A DNA stretch of 63,209 bases, filler included, from Phoronis australis (taxonomy: Eukaryota; Animalia; Phoronida), in the NCBI GenBank assembly GCA_002633005.1. It is 6 parts of 6 records of this genome, joined end to end, with 100 filler letters (N's around TTAATTAATTAA, not from the genome) between each part and the next. Parts side by side here need not be neighbours in the genome. Positions count along the whole stretch, not along the records: positions 61,878 to 63,209 come from NMRA01003930.1; 5 more parts are not named here. The stretch is one strand, 5' to 3'. Of the stretch, positions 62,635-63,209 are shown piece by piece. Position 1 is the first letter of the stretch. Every line of letters begins with the position of its first letter. The notes beneath the pieces are model-generated. The model made no database searches. It saw only the letters and a list, made by a program, of their open reading frames with translations, and was not told where the DNA came from. The translations under genes and the position numbers were made by a program.

Positions 62635-63209
62635 CTACAAAATCATAACAGGATGAGTCTAACTGCATGCAATGGCAGACCCTCCCAAGTCCAACTGTAA
62701 ATTGCACATTAAAGCCTACTTCGACCAGTAANTGAAGCCGACTGGCGCAACTTATCCCGATCCCACTCTCTCAGTGGCTTGGCTTCATCACGGCTACAAA
62801 ATCATAACATGACGAGTCTAACTGCATGCAATGGCAGACCCTCCCAAGTCCAACTGTAAATTGCACATTAAAGCCTACTTCGACCAGTAATACGTGAATA
62901 TGGTGGCTACAACTTGCTGCAGCACACAAACGCAAGGGCTGACACCAATAGCATATTAACTGTGACATTCATGCTGCCTAAAAAATTCATATTTTACGAT
63001 GATTTCAGAAAGTTTTATGAATTAAACTCCGCTCATCACACCAATATTTGAAGTCAGAATGCTTCACCTCTCCCCATAGACCACGGCCTTATTCCGCTTT
63101 CTAAATGTAATATTCGTCTCTAAAATTCTACTCTCAAACTTGACCCCCAAAGCAGATGATAACCAACAATGCAAAGGCAAGTATGTATTATTGGCTGGTT
63201 CTTTAATTA

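Noticed and set aside
62398-62700. Plus-strand SR/LR-rich ORF
   Set aside because: It is antisense to the Acinus-like exon, which has the splice sites and the REWDRDK motif.

Overview
AT-rich, intron- and repeat-rich eukaryotic (marine invertebrate-type animal) genomic DNA from a draft assembly. Five 100-bp spacers (44N-TTAATTAATTAA-44N) split it into six pieces that may not be truly adjacent. Genes reconstructed by hand from splice sites and phases: (1) a divergent squalene monooxygenase (SQLE-like), minus strand, 6 exons at 9635-1981, last exon unresolved; (2) a 9-exon membrane-tethered mucin, plus strand, 25452-45492 (signal peptide, 26-aa Ser/Thr/Asp repeats, SEA with G/S cleavage motif, EGF-like, TM, MUC3/12/17-like tail); (3) two WDR59 exons; (4) three myosin XV exons; (5) one Acinus-like exon. 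Mobile DNA includes two decayed Ty3/gypsy elements (one with both LTRs, PBS, PPT and TSD inside a WDR59 intron), Penelope-like, CR1/L2 and hAT fossils, a tRNA-SINE, several MITE/foldback elements and a 3.5-kb nested HINE-like element with higher-order repeats. No prokaryotic-type system (CRISPR, operon) is present. Homology calls rest on recalled sequences, not database searches. The best leads are the invertebrate MUC3/12/17-like mucin/proteoglycan, the active-site-divergent SQLE and the self-nested HINE.
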